Below, in pieces: positions 1 to 12,434 of a DNA stretch of 64,000 nt; the stretch's first letter is position 1, and each line of letters opens with the position of its first letter. Made by a program: the position numbers and the translations under genes. This stretch comes from Neodothiora populina (Eukaryota): contig NW_027191407.1 in the NCBI RefSeq assembly GCF_041146345.1, forward strand, positions 124,001 to 188,000, written 5' to 3'. The notes under the pieces were generated by a model. That model was not told where the DNA came from and did not search any database. It saw only the letters and a program-made list of their open reading frames with translations.

Positions 1-185
1 TTTGGGACCTCGCTAGTGGCACCTACTGATTGTTTCTGCTATTGGTCGTGAACGAAGACACTGCTTGCCCTGCTGGGCCTTCCACATCGTCACTACCTAC
101 CGAGTTTTTGTACTTATTACATCACATCTTTCGAACCTGACAGCAGGCGCTCACACGGCTGACGTCTCACAAGGCAGCTGCAAAC

Positions 186-3100
186 ATGTCAGCCTCATTC
201 CGAGCTATCGAGCTTGTTAAGATCATAGGCAACCCTACCAATGCCGCACAAGTTCACAGCGCTTCAGAAGAGCTCCAAGCGATACAACACAGCAACTATG
301 GCTGGGCAGTCGCTAATGCTATGCTTGAGGAGGACGATGACAATGTCAGATTTTACGGAGCTTTGACATTACAGATCAAAATCAATAAAGAAGGGTAAGA
401 AGCAAATAATTCCACAGTTCATAAGCGCATCTAAATTTCCCATAGTTCCCACCAATCCGAAGATGATACCACAGAGCTGAGATCACATCTCTTGACTTGG
501 CTTGTAAGTTAGAGTAGCGTCTACAAGAGCTACGAGCCTGTGTTAACAACCGGGCACATAGGTCAAGTTGGCAAGTCTACCAGCACGCAACTTTGTGTTG
601 TATAAGCTATGTGCTGCTCTTGCGACTTATTTCACCCAAGCTCCAATGCGGTGGTTGTCAGCTGTTCGTCAGATCATATGCTCCTTGAGAGCTGGCAGCG
701 TGGTCACAGGCGACCAACTCAAGACTTACCCTGACTCAGCCCAAGTATTCATGGAGCTTACACCAGTTCAACAACGTGTGACCATCCGATTTTGCCAAAC
801 GCTAGCTGAAGACATGTCCAATTCAGCCGGATTAAGCCAACAGTCGTAAGTTTTAAGCAGATGAGAACAAAAAATCTTCGAAGCAAGACTGACTTCTGGC
901 AGATTACGACTGGACGATACATTCAGTGCGAATACTCCGGACGTAACAAGCATCCTGGCCGTTTGCATCAATAATTTGGCACGAGACAACGTTGATCTTG
1001 GTATCGAAGCTCTCAACTGCCTGAATGTTGGTCATTCTATTAAGATAACAACGCGACGTGACGATCTGACATTATGTTCTAGGCTTGGATCATCTATGCT
1101 CATAGCAATTGGTCTAGAGATATCGGAACCCTGCAGCTTCTACAAGACCTCACTCCAATCACTGCCGAGTTCTTGGTCAGCAACAACGACGATCTGAGAG
1201 ATCTTGCTATAGAAATCTTCGTCAGTAATCTCGAGTTTCGATTAAAGTTCTTCAAAAAGGAACATGTTGAAATCATCTCTACACTTGTACGCCAAAAGAT
1301 TGGACCAGAATGTCTCGTTGCCTGTAGAAGTGGTCAACAAGAACCCGAGATTGTGTCACTCGGGAAGCTAGTGGCTGCTTACGGTAAGATCACCGTCAAA
1401 GATCTTGTCGTTGTTAGAAAACATGCCTCTTCCGAGAGCATTGTAGGTAAGTGGCCATTTCTCTCATAAGTTTTGGCAAGTAGTAGGCGCTGACGGGCAA
1501 ATATCAGCTTTGTTTCTTGAGCTTCTTACTGCGCCCGGTTATCCAGCAGAGGATGACGAGATGATATTTTCAGCGACTGAGTTCTGGAATGAGTACGCCG
1601 AGCACGCTGTCTATGCCGCTGCAGATAGTGAGGTCCATACACTCAGCAAGTGGCTGCCTCAAGCCAGAGAAGACCTCATGAAAGCTCTTCAACTATACTT
1701 GCCGAAGATGTCTCACCCACCACCGGAGATCAGCAAAACTTGGGACGAAGAAACCTTCCAGCAATGGAAGTTCTTCCGCGATAATGTCATGGATTACTTG
1801 GAATTTATCACGGAAATCCCTGACTCAAATCTTCTACACTATCTTATCGAAGTCGCTCTACAGATTCTACCAACCAGACAATGGTTCCAACTCGAAGGCG
1901 TGTTGTTCTGTATAAATGCCATCGCCGACTCTGTCAGACCGGCCAACGATGATCCGGCGATGAACGCCCTGATGGGTTCTTCGATCTTCAGCAATGCATC
2001 AGACATGAGCCTTGATGTGCCGGCTCTCCTCAGGCGTGCTGTCCTCAGAATGATCGACAATTACTCAACTTTCATCAAATCCAATCCACAATACATACCT
2101 CCGGTATTGACCTTCCTGTTTACCATACTTGAGGCCACACCACCGGACCAAGTGAGAGTGGCAGACCAAGCTGCGAAGTCACTGGAATCCTTATGCTCGT
2201 CATGTCGGCGGTCATTGACGCAACACCTTGGCGAGCTTCTTGCTCAGGTTCCACAGGCACTATCTGGACCGTCAGCTAATGGCTATCAGAAGGAGAAGGT
2301 CATGGCTGCAGTCGCATCGATCATACAGTCTTTGCCTAGCGAAGAGTTAAAAGCAGAGCCAATCTCGATCTTGATACAAGTCATCGAGACTGACCTTAAT
2401 GCTGCGGTGCAAGCAATGCAGAGGGGTGACGTGGAACAGGGTGAGCTTATCGGAACGACTGCGTTGCAATGCCTTGCAAGCATTGGTAAAGGAATTCAAG
2501 CTCTGGATGACAGGCCTATCGATATTGACTCCAACGACGACGACGAGACATCCACGACCGAAGGAGCACACTCTCAGACATTTTGGACATTGGAGGCTGG
2601 AGCTGCCATCCAGCAACGTATCCTTGCATGTTTCGAGATTATTTCCTATCTACAGAACGCGGGCGATGCAATTGATGCCGCTTGCGATGTTTTACGCGCC
2701 GGATTGGCAGAGACTGAGCCTGGACCATTCGTCTTTCCTCCATCAACCACAGTTGCCTTTGTAGCTAAAGCCACCACATCTCTCGACACACCGCGGATTG
2801 AGGCGGTTCTATCTACAGCGTGTACTTTCGTCTCGGCACACTCCCGCCGCAATACCCCACATCTGTTTGACGAAGTGCTTGCGGTATACCAATCAGTGGC
2901 TCGCGTCATGGGTTTATTGAAGGACCCAAGCAATGATCCACAGCTCGCCCAGATATGCGTGGAGTTTCTGCAGCGTCTTCTCGTTGCATACCTCGACGTC
3001 TTGCTTGCTCCAAGTGACGAAGAAATTGCTGGCGTCCTGCAGTTTGTCCTTGCTTGTGTCACGGGTCAAGCGCCAATGCTCAAGCGCATCGCATGCAACT

Positions 3101-3504
3101 TCTTTGAGCCTCTGATTGCACACGGCAGACCGAACAACCCAGCTCCGCTGCCCGTGACCCGTGTTCCAGTTGGGGTTATTGTACAGCACTTTGCTCCTCT
3201 CATAGCCACTTCGCTACTTTATCAGATCAGTGGCGTAGCACAGCGGTCCGAACTTGACTCGTTGAGCAAGCCTCTTCGCGCATTTGTTTTCAGCGTTCCA
3301 AACTGCAAGAAATATCTCGAGCATGCACTACTCGAGCAGGAGACGACATTTGTAGAGCTTGCCGCAGCGAACAAAACAGTGGATCAGTCTGAGCGTAAGG
3401 TATTCATTGCTAAGATTGTCGGGCTCAGAGGTGGACGACAAACGAATATCATCGTCAGAGAGTTCTGGGCTCGTTGTAAGGGCACTGTTAGTAAATTCGA
3501 GTGA
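186..3504 (+). CDS. Karyopherin-beta, importin-13/Kap122(Pdr6)-like (about 6 exons)
   Basis: Consecutive same-strand ORFs linked by GT..AG introns (e.g. 395-445, ~504-561, ~846-902, ~1027-1082, ~1447-1507). The N-terminus is IBN_N-like (VRFYGALTLQIKINK), followed by FVLYKLCAALATYF, WFQLEGVLFCINAIAD and a helical HEAT-like body. Confidence 0.75.
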
Positions 3505-4319
3505 TGGAAGAGGGATCAGCGCTCTGTCAATTCTGAACAAGTCGAAAGGTAAAGCCATATATACTTTGCTCCTGCGATGAGAAAGCTAGGTGCACTCAAT
3601 GGCGGATTGTCAAGTTATAGAACGAGACACCAGTACGCGAAACAACCCTGTCGAATTGGGCACGACATCTGGAATATACAGCATCATCGACGACTCAAGT
3701 CCATATCAAGTAGGAAAAAGTACCAATGACATCGAAAACTGGTGCATGTGTCCTGTTGCAGTGTTGCAGTTCATCTCGCCATGAGCATTCCTAGCACAAT
3801 ACTGTATTGAACGGGTAGAGGTTTCAGCACGGGCTTTATGTGCGCTTCACAGAGCAGCCGCAGCAAGAGATGTGAAACAGAATGCGACACACACCGGGGA
3901 TATTAATAGGAGGGAGTTGACTATCATATGACCAGCGGATGAACAGGTGAAAGCCTTTCTCACTTCTTGGTGGGCTCGTTATCCAGTGAACACCTACGGT
4001 ACAGTACTAGAATGACTTCCAACATGTTTGAATTACATAAGGTAAGCTTCGTTCCCCGCCAATCAGACGATGATCCAGCCGCAAAATGTCAAGCGTAACC
4101 TCCGCATTGGTGTCCCTCTATTCCCGGGACCGTAAGGAATTGAAGATACAGTAATTGAATATTGTATTGTGATGTGCTGTAGCTACTGTACACCACCTCA
4201 ACTACCAAAAAAGTACAGAAGTACAAAAGAGCTTCCTCCCACTCGTGTCATCGCAATCTAGCTCATACCCTGCGTGATACCTCAATTTCCTTGGATTGTA
4301 AAAGCTGCACCTCAGCATC

Positions 4320-5333
4320 ATGGGCTGGTTCTGGGGATCGACGGACAATCAAGGCGCCTCGACGTCGTCAAAAGATGCATACAACGATCTGGATCCATCA
4401 TTGCGTGACTTCTTGGAGAAGGAAAGTCCATACCGTCACCAACCGGCACCCAAACCGGCGCAACAGCAACAGCAGCAGCAAGAATCGCAATCATATCGCT
4501 CGCAACTCGGAATCACAAAGCCTGATGAATCTGCAACGACTCCTCCTGCTTCGTCGACACCCGCCTCGTCGGACTCGAAAGCAGCAGTACCACAAGAGTC
4601 CCTATTCAAGGATGGACGCTACGCACACCTCTGGAAAACATACACGCCAATGTCCGAAATCGAAGCCTCTTCACGCACGGATCAGGACCGGCTGACGGAC
4701 GTGGTGGAAGCGTACAACGAACGCAAGGCGCAGATCGGACGAGCGGCGGTGGAGAACTGTGTTTTCGAGCAGATTGCCGAGCACGAGTGTTTCAAGAAGG
4801 GAGGCGTGCAGGCACGACTCACCATGTGCAGTGAGCAGAACAAAGCCTTCAACCGCTGCTATACTATGCAGAGCAGATTCCTCAAGGCTCTCGGCTATCT
4901 GTCTATGGAGCGGAGTGAAGCGGAGGAAGAGCGCATCCAGATGCATGCCGATTCGTTATATCAGGAAATGATTGCGCGTGAGAAAGCCGCAGCCAAGGCC
5001 ATCGATGAGGGTCTACCTGTGCCGAAGTTCGAGCCTTTGATAAACAATGCAGCTGCGACAGACGTTTCCGCTTCAGAAAACAAAGGAAAGGGGCTTGACA
5101 TGTACACGGCAGAGAGGAGAAAGGAAATCGAGGCGAGCCTTGCAGGCAAGAGTCCGGACGAACGCGAACTCGACATCCAACTCCTTGTCGCTGAGCAGAA
5201 TGCGAGTCGGGAGTATGCCGAGAAGATTCAAGAATACTTTCAGGACGAAAAAAAGCTCAGAGCAGACAGAAAGGAGAGGGGCCGAGAGACGTTCGGTGAT
5301 TCCATCAAGAGGATATGGGGATGGGACCGGTAG
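4320..5333 (+). CDS. Conserved-looking fungal protein with twin CX9C motif (function unknown)
   Basis: Single 337-aa ORF with coding-like composition. CVFEQIAEHEC and CSEQNKAFNRC are both CX9C. Confidence 0.75.
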   Translation: MGWFWGSTDNQGASTSSKDAYNDLDPSLRDFLEKESPYRHQPAPKPAQQQQQQQESQSYRSQLGITKPDESATTPPASSTPASSDSKAAVPQESLFKDGRYAHLWKTYTPMSEIEASSRTDQDRLTDVVEAYNERKAQIGRAAVENCVFEQIAEHECFKKGGVQARLTMCSEQNKAFNRCYTMQSRFLKALGYLSMERSEAEEERIQMHADSLYQEMIAREKAAAKAIDEGLPVPKFEPLINNAAATDVSASENKGKGLDMYTAERRKEIEASLAGKSPDERELDIQLLVAEQNASREYAEKIQEYFQDEKKLRADRKERGRETFGDSIKRIWGWDR

Positions 5334-5573
5334 TCTCGCCTCTATTTCAATGTACAATTATACCCACTCGGACAATCCAGTCCTGCCTGAAGCCTATCTA
5401 CCATGACACAGAATAGCAAATGGGGTTCTCAGCAAATTATCATGATGCTGGAATCTATCATCAAGATTGTTTCTAATGCATAATCTATCGTAAAAAAAAG
5501 ATGTGACGTCCTTTTATCTGGTTCCCAACTGGTCGTTAAGCGGTGCCCGAGTGGGAGAGGGCGTAAGGCCCTT

Positions 5574-6384
5574 TCAGAAGAAGTTCTCGTGCATGAGAGC
5601 AGGACTCCAATACTCTGTTTCCTCGGCCTGGGCGTCAACCCACACCAAAGCGTCGGCCACAAGATCATCTATCACAGCGACTGCCCTCGCTCGCTCCCAC
5701 TGCAGGTTGATCTGAAGCATTGATACAGTGACATGTCCAAGGATCTGAATCGCCTCGAGAACTGTAGACTGATCTGTGTTGAGATCTTTCGGTACCGATC
5801 TGATCATCTGCTTTGTGCCAATTCGCATTACTGTAAAGCCAGAGCCTAGAGGTTTCAAGGACTCGACAGCACGAAGGATATCGTCACTGTTAGAAGTTAT
5901 AAAAAACCATAGATATAAACTCACAATCCAGCGGTACATACCTCGACACTTCGATACCTCCTCCGATACCCCTCCCCTGCTGAATCCTTTTGTGCACTTC
6001 AGTAACATCAATCATACCACCATTCTCCAGCCGCGTCTCGCGACAGACCTCGACGACGCGCACAGCAAGCTCGAAATAGAAATCATTCACGCTCCCGCCC
6101 AGCATCTGAGCCCAGAAGCTACCTTCGCCTCCCTTGCCGAGATGATTCGAGCTGGCCAGCGGATCGACTCCGATAGTATTACACATGCGCGCGAACTCGG
6201 CTCTGAAGCTGGGATTCGATCTGATCTCGGCTCCATGGCTGATGGAAAAGGAATGCAGAGCGGCTTGGAACACGGATAGTTGGTTTGCTAGCGAGTCTGC
6301 GTGCGCTGATCGTAGAGCTGCCCCGTAGGTTGCGTAGCGGTCTGATGCTAGTGCATTTCGCACGTTGCGCCTGTTTCCAGACAT
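5574..6384 (-). CDS. SNF8: ESCRT-II subunit Snf8/Vps22 (EAP30 family)
   Basis: FRAEFARMCNTIGVDPLASS, DFYFELAVRVVEVC, DDILRAVESLKPLGSGF, IRSVPKDLNTDQSTVL; intron 5887-5941. Confidence 0.93.
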
Positions 6385-6636
6385 TTCAACGTGTCGTCGT
6401 CTTCATATAAGGTTGGCTGCTTCCGCACTCGTTCGGATTATATATAAGTCGTGGTGTGTGTACACATGATTGGAGGGTCGAAATTACAGCATTAGGGCGG
6501 AGTAAAAGGTGGGGTTTGGAGGTAGAAGTGAAGCTTACTTTACAAGTACTGTGAGACAAGAACCAACATACCGCATCTATTATTATTTCTAGAGCAATAA
6601 CACCTGAAACGAAAAACAACGTGACATAGCGCAAAC

Positions 6637-7138
6637 ATGTCTATACCACCGGAAGCACTGCAAAAGGTATGAAGACACCGTCCACACACACACTTGCAAC
6701 ACAGATATACATGTAAACTGACCCTTTTCTCCCTGCAGCTTCTCTCGGAGATCGAGCAGAAAGCGGCCTTCTCGCAACAGCAGATCGGCATCGTCAAGTC
6801 GCAGATGGCAGCGAAGAATCGCGAGAGCCGCATGCTCCAACTCACAACGGTCGAGCTGGACGGACTACCGAAAGACGCAAACATCTACGAGGGTGTGGGC
6901 AAGATGTGAGTCGACAGATGGAGAGAACCTTGCGACGAGAAGCGTTTAGGGACTGATATGTTCAACACTCAGGTTCGTGGCGTGTCCGCCGAGCGAGGTC
7001 AAAGTGCGGATAGCAAAGGAGAGCGAAGACCTCAAGAAAGACGTCGAGAACCTAGAGAAGAAACTCAATTACCTCGAGACGACGTACAAGAACAGCAAAG
7101 AGCACCTGGAAGCAATCTTCAAGAACGGTGGACGATGA
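6637..7138 (+). CDS. PFD1: Prefoldin subunit 1 (3 exons)
   Basis: MSIPPEALQK|LLSEIEQKA...IYEGVGKM|FVACP...LEKKLNYLETTYKNSKEHLEAIFKNGGR*; introns 6667-6738 and 6906-6972. Confidence 0.9.
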
Positions 7139-7688
7139 AGTAGCCCTTCATGGAACGGGTTTTCAGTCCTTCAGCGATCGACCTCGGGACAGAAACCTCT
7201 TATGCAAGCCGCGGATCGTCCTCCGAGAATCGATGAGCAGTCTGTCTCATGATGCGCCCAGACGCCTTGTCAAGCAGCGAAACTACTCCGGCGCTCTAGA
7301 AAATTCTATGAGATGCATGTGTCGTGGTCTGGGCAAGGGCAAAAAGGACGAACAAGTAGACCGGTCCCAAGTCGCCCTGGTGGCGCTCCGGGTCGGTCAC
7401 GATCAATGGAAAGAGCACGATACCCAGACAGACGCTGCACAATTTCAACGCTAGCGACGAAAAGCAGCTCGCGGTATATATATTTGAAGAGATTATTACG
7501 AGTGGAAAATAGCTGGTGCACGTTATAGAGGATTACAAGGACACGACTGCAGTGGTGTCACAAATTGTCCAGTGTAAGCAGCATCGTGTCTGTTCTAGCT
7601 AAGATGGGTAATATATCATCAGCACCTCTCGAGGTTCATCATCGTTTGTCCCGCCACATCCCAAGCAATATACATTCGTCATCTGTCC

Positions 7689-8246
7689 TCATTCAACGAT
7701 GCTCGGATCGACCTTCCTCGACCGGTCGGCAGCAATCTCGCACATAGCCCGTATGGCATCAGCGCGCTCAGCGACAATATCACCACGAGCGATCCTCCTC
7801 TTCATGTCCTCCATGATGACAGGTCTGCTGCGCCCGTTGACGAAGACGACATATCTCAGGCCGGGGTACGTCTTCTCGTATTCTTCGTTGAGCTCCTTGA
7901 GGGCGCGCGCCTCGTCCTCGCCGCCCTTGTTCAGCTGGGCCTGCTCGGCCTGGCTCTGCGCGCTGTCGACTTTCTTCGCCCCGAGTCGCGGGTGGGCGCC
8001 CAGTATGCTCTCAAGCCATCGCGTGTCGCTGGTCGATGAAGACTCGGACAGACCCGTCAATTGTGCTCCGACTGAGGCTATCAGGTCCTCGTAGGAGGAG
8101 AAGGTGGTGTTTTGCAGCAGCTCAACGGAGAGCGTGTGTAGTGCGGTGCAGGGCTCGAAGAGGAGATCGAGGACCCCGGCTCTCTGTTCTGCTGATAGTG
8201 AAGGCAGACTCTGGATGGCTGGGAGAGTGGGAGTAGCAGCGGCCAT
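7689..8246 (-). CDS. OHCU decarboxylase (urate to allantoin pathway)
   Basis: VLDLLFEP, ILGAHPRLG, SQAEQA, LNEEYEKTYPGLRYVVFVNGRSR, AMCEIAADR. Confidence 0.9.
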   Translation of the reverse strand: MAAATPTLPAIQSLPSLSAEQRAGVLDLLFEPCTALHTLSVELLQNTTFSSYEDLIASVGAQLTGLSESSSTSDTRWLESILGAHPRLGAKKVDSAQSQAEQAQLNKGGEDEARALKELNEEYEKTYPGLRYVVFVNGRSRPVIMEDMKRRIARGDIVAERADAIRAMCEIAADRSRKVDPSIVE

Positions 8247-8519
8247 CTTTTGCTTGTTGTATACTTGTAATTGGGCAGAAGAGTAGAACACAACAACTAA
8301 GCAATTACCTTACTGTACCTTCCAGATTTGTATGTCTCCGGCGGGGCAGCAGCGCGTGTCATCTCCTCAAGGAATTACTGCATAACTCCGTCCGGGGGAG
8401 ACGAAGATTTACTTCGGTCTGCTCTGAATTACTGTAATGTAATATTCTTCTCATCAGCTCACTCACACATCTACTGGTCAGTCGCGAAGGATAGAAAAAA
8501 GACTGGAAGATAGAGTCCA

Positions 8520-8567
8520 AATAAGAAAAAGAGAAAGAAAAAGAAAAGAAAAGAAAAGACAAAAGAA
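8520..8567 (+). repeat. Imperfect (AAAAG)n purine tract directly upstream of the GPN3 ATG
   Basis: aataagaaaaagagaaagaaaaagaaaagaaaagaaaagacaaaagaa followed by ATG. Confidence 0.7.
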
Positions 8568-9455
8568 ATGTCCAAGTTCGGAGTGCTGACCATCGGTCCT
8601 GCCGGCGCGGGCAAAACCACCTTCTGTTCGGCATTAATACAACATCTCAAGAACAACCGCCGGTCGTGCTTCTATGTCAATCTCGATCCCGCCGCCGACG
8701 AGTTTGTCTACGAGCCAGACCTCGACATCAAAGACCTCATCTCTCTCCAAGATGTCATGGAAGAGATGGGCCTCGGCCCCAACGGCGGACTCATCTACTG
8801 CTTCGAATTCCTCCTCGAGAACCTCGACTTCCTAACCGAGCCCATGGAGAGCGTGACGGAGGAATACCTAATCATCATCGACATGCCCGGCCAGATCGAA
8901 CTCTACACCCACGTGCCCATCCTGCCTTCTCTCGTCAAGTCTCTGACCCGAGGCAGCCTGAACGTGAACCTCTGCGCCGCCTACCTGCTCGAGAGCACCT
9001 TCATCATGGATCGCGCAAAGTTCTTCGCCGGCACGATGAGCGCCATGAGCGCCATGCTGATGCTCGAAGTCCCCCACGTCAACATCCTGAGCAAGATGGA
9101 TCTGGTCAAGGGCTCCGTCGCGAGGAAGGAGCTGAAGAGATACATCGACCCGGACGTCAGTCTGCTCGACGAGACCCCGACCGCCGACGGCTTCATCTAC
9201 CAGGAAGAAGACGAGGTCGAGGACCCCACCCGGGTCGGCAATGTCATGGGCAGCGGTTCCTTCAACAAGCTCAACCGTGCTGTCGCTCAGCTCATCGATG
9301 ACTTTAGTCTTGTCTCTTTTCTCAAGCTGGACGCCCAGGACGAAGACAGCGTCGGTGCCGTGCTCAGCTACATAGACGATGCCATTCAGTTCCACGAGGC
9401 CCAGGAGCCCAAGGAACCTGCTGACGAGCTCGCTGACGATGAGGATATGGAGTGA
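8568..9455 (+). CDS. GPN3: GPN-loop GTPase 3
   Basis: P-loop GPAGAGKTTFC, VNLDPAA, LGPNGGL, DMPGQIELYTH, PHVNILSKMDL. Confidence 0.93.
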   Translation: MSKFGVLTIGPAGAGKTTFCSALIQHLKNNRRSCFYVNLDPAADEFVYEPDLDIKDLISLQDVMEEMGLGPNGGLIYCFEFLLENLDFLTEPMESVTEEYLIIIDMPGQIELYTHVPILPSLVKSLTRGSLNVNLCAAYLLESTFIMDRAKFFAGTMSAMSAMLMLEVPHVNILSKMDLVKGSVARKELKRYIDPDVSLLDETPTADGFIYQEEDEVEDPTRVGNVMGSGSFNKLNRAVAQLIDDFSLVSFLKLDAQDEDSVGAVLSYIDDAIQFHEAQEPKEPADELADDEDME

Positions 9456-10414
9456 GTCTTCTGATCCAATCAAGTCACCTGTTCCTACAAGGTCCGACCA
9501 CCTCGAGCATGGCACTAGGAATACTCGGTCATTTCACAAAACGCCGAACAAAGTCACTGCATCCCAAGCATATATGCGCATATGCGCACATGCGCACATA
9601 CACCCATCATGCGGCAAATCTCGCTCCAAGCAAAGATACAACTTTGAGACCAGTGACAAGCGCGCTTGGGCCATGCCAGCTTGCGGGTCTGACTGCACTT
9701 GCTCATCGGAGATCATCGAAGGAGTCCCGCACACACAGAGGACCCTTGGCGCGTGACGCCTTCCTTTAATTACGGCTTGGGTCATACTGCACGACGCTCT
9801 TTGCTCCGTCGTCACAGCCACGGCATTTCGAACGCTCGGCGTAGAAGTATCAAGGGAGCGAATGCAAAGCCCCGCCCTCACAGCTCGAGAGCTTTCCATC
9901 CTTGCTCTTGTGAATGACGTGACGGGATCAACCTAATTTGTCCAAGGATATCAATCAGTCCGAGAAATAGGCATTGGCATCTGTCTGAGCCGAGTATGAA
10001 CCTACCCTCGACAAATCTACTCGCCATCATCTTCTTGTGCACAGTCAGCAGGACTGAACTGCAACGGACTGGACTGGACTGAACTGTCTGAATCCGGTCG
10101 CAGTCTGGATTAGATAGAGTGGCTGGTGGATGTGCTTCTTTGAAACAATAGTCTTGCCGAGCCGAGGAATTAGAGATGTAGTAAAGACACAAATAGGAGT
10201 TGGCAGTGGCACAAAAGATTCATTGCAAAGAAAAAACAATAGACTTTCTTATTCATGTTCCGTCGAAGACGACACCATCATTGACAGATGATTCTGACTA
10301 GACTAGACCAAGTCTCTCTCATTCAACTCGCATGACTAGGACAAGACAACAACAACACTCCCCGTCGATCATCCTCGAATTCTTCTTCAGTGATTCGTCC
10401 CTTTGTCCCCGACA

Positions 10415-12252
10415 TCAGTCTTGAACTGGTCTTCCGTCACACCCTTGCCCATGGCAGCGGTACTGCTCACTCCACCGCTGACCATCTTCAGCATGTCGTC
10501 GATGTAGTTAGCGCCCGACCATTCTGCGATTCGATATATTAGCAATCTTTTCCTTTTCTCTCCATCTTGTCTTTGGTAGACTCACTTTGATGCAAAAGCA
10601 CATCCGTGCCAGCAGCGTGTTCCTTCTCCTGCACGTGCATGGCGTAAGCGCGCATGCCCGACTCACTGTACGCTTTCGAGAAGGTGTCGGTTATGAGGGC
10701 GGTCTGGTGCAGTCCAGCCAAGGTGATGAATTGCCAGCAGTAGCCGAGCTGAGCGAGACGCTGGATGTACGTCTCTTGCTCGTTCGTCGACATTGCTGTC
10801 TTCCAGTTGAAGGAGGGCGATAGGTTGTATGCCAGTCTGGCGAAAACAGATGATTAGCAGAAGCACTTAGAGGCAAGAACAGTATGGCTTACTTTTGTTC
10901 GGGCCACACGGCGTGCACGCCCTCTGCGAACTGCTTGGCCTGCTCGAAATCAGGAAGCTTGCTCTCCATCCAGATCATGTCGCAGTAAGGAGCGTAGGCG
11001 ATGGCACGAGTGATGCCAGGCTCGCAGCCGCCCTTAAAGCGGTAGTAGCCTTCTCTGGTCCTCGCCGCGTCCCAGTCGAAGAAGACTTCGACGCCAGTCA
11101 AGGCCTTTGCGATAGCTCTGGACTCGAGGTTGCTCTTTCCTTTTGATTGCTTGAGGAACTCGCTGATCATCTCTGCCTTGTTCACGTGGACACCTGCGTT
11201 GATGGTGTCGACGACGGCCTCACTGAAGAGCTTGAGGTGCGCTTGCTCGGTCCAGTTGTCTTCGATGGCCTGGAGCTCCGGTCCGTTCTTGCCTGCTTGC
11301 TCGGCGGCGATCATGAGATCGTTCAGCGGTTGCAAGGCTGGGTTTGTGCTTCCCATGATGTAAGCGTGGTCTCGAGGATCAATGCTGGATGCGATGAGGG
11401 TGGCAGCCTCGGCGTCGGTACGTGCAACAGCGAGAAGGTCAGAGCCTGTGAGAGTCAGTATATGTGCACAAGAAGCAATGAGTTGTGCAGCTTACCCATG
11501 ATATCTGCTTGTGCACGGATGGCCACGAGACGGTTGATGTGTTCGCTGACCGGCACAAGCACCTTTCCAGCCATGTGACCGCACTTCTTAGTTCCCGGAG
11601 CCTGATCTTCAATGTGAATACCAGCGGCTCCCTTCTCGATGAAGAGTTTAGTCAGCTTCATGACGGCAGTCAGACCGCCGTGACCAGTATCGGCATCGGC
11701 GATGATAGGTCGAAGGTAGTCGATGCTGGGCAGCTTTGAACGCTGTGAAGCAGGCGCGGACAGACGTTCATTGCGTTGCTTGCGGTCATGGAATAGCTGT
11801 GCCATGAAGAGATGCTGTACCTTGTTCGGCACAGTGGTGTATGGGTAGTCCGCGAGATCTGGACCGGGCTCATCCGAGGCGGAGGCAGTGGAAGAACTCT
11901 GCCATCCGGAAACATAGACGGTGTCGAGGTACTTGGCCATCTGGGTGACCATGACAGGATCGAGGCATCCATATGTGTAGCTCACTTCCTTGTTCTGATT
12001 ATAATGTCAGTCTGCGTCTTCGTGACCCAATGAAAAACAAAAGCAGCTACTTACTGCGAATCGTTGCTCAAGCGTCTTCCATAGCTTCTTGGACAGGACA
12101 TTGCTAGGATACTCGATCTTGAGATTACCACGCTTGTTCACAATCTGCTCGGGAGTGTATGGACGCTTCGTATATCTCCATCGAGAGTCAGACCACCACT
12201 GCTTGATGGCCTTGACTTCGTCTTGGAACTGTTGTTCTTCGTGGTCGGTCAT
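10415..12252 (-). CDS. ICL1: Isocitrate lyase (glyoxylate cycle), multi-exon
   Basis: [25 protein letters not shown], catalytic [23 protein letters not shown] (ICL-type rather than methylisocitrate-lyase-type), C-terminal [13 protein letters not shown]. Confidence 0.95.
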
Positions 12253-12434
12253 GTTGGAGATACTGCTCGACAGCTGCGCGGCAATTTGTTTCAGACGGTC
12301 CGCCAGTTTGACTGATACTCAAGACTATATGCACAACAGAAGAGAGGGCACACAAGATCAGGTGGACAGATAGTATGAGTAGTGCGTCACAATATGGATG
12401 TAAGAGATGCTTTCTAGAGACCAAGAAACAAAAG

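Noticed and set aside
8666..9515. Long alternative-frame and antisense ORFs over GPN3 (also over KEI1, pirin, IF-3, RPT3)
   Set aside because: These are shadow ORFs expected from high GC3 codon bias; they show no recognisable motifs.
9570..9602. ATATGCGCATATGCGCACATGCGCACATA quasi-palindromic repeat; also (GGACT)n near 10050-10090
   Set aside because: Short simple repeats in 3' intergenic DNA with no evidence for an RNA gene or element.
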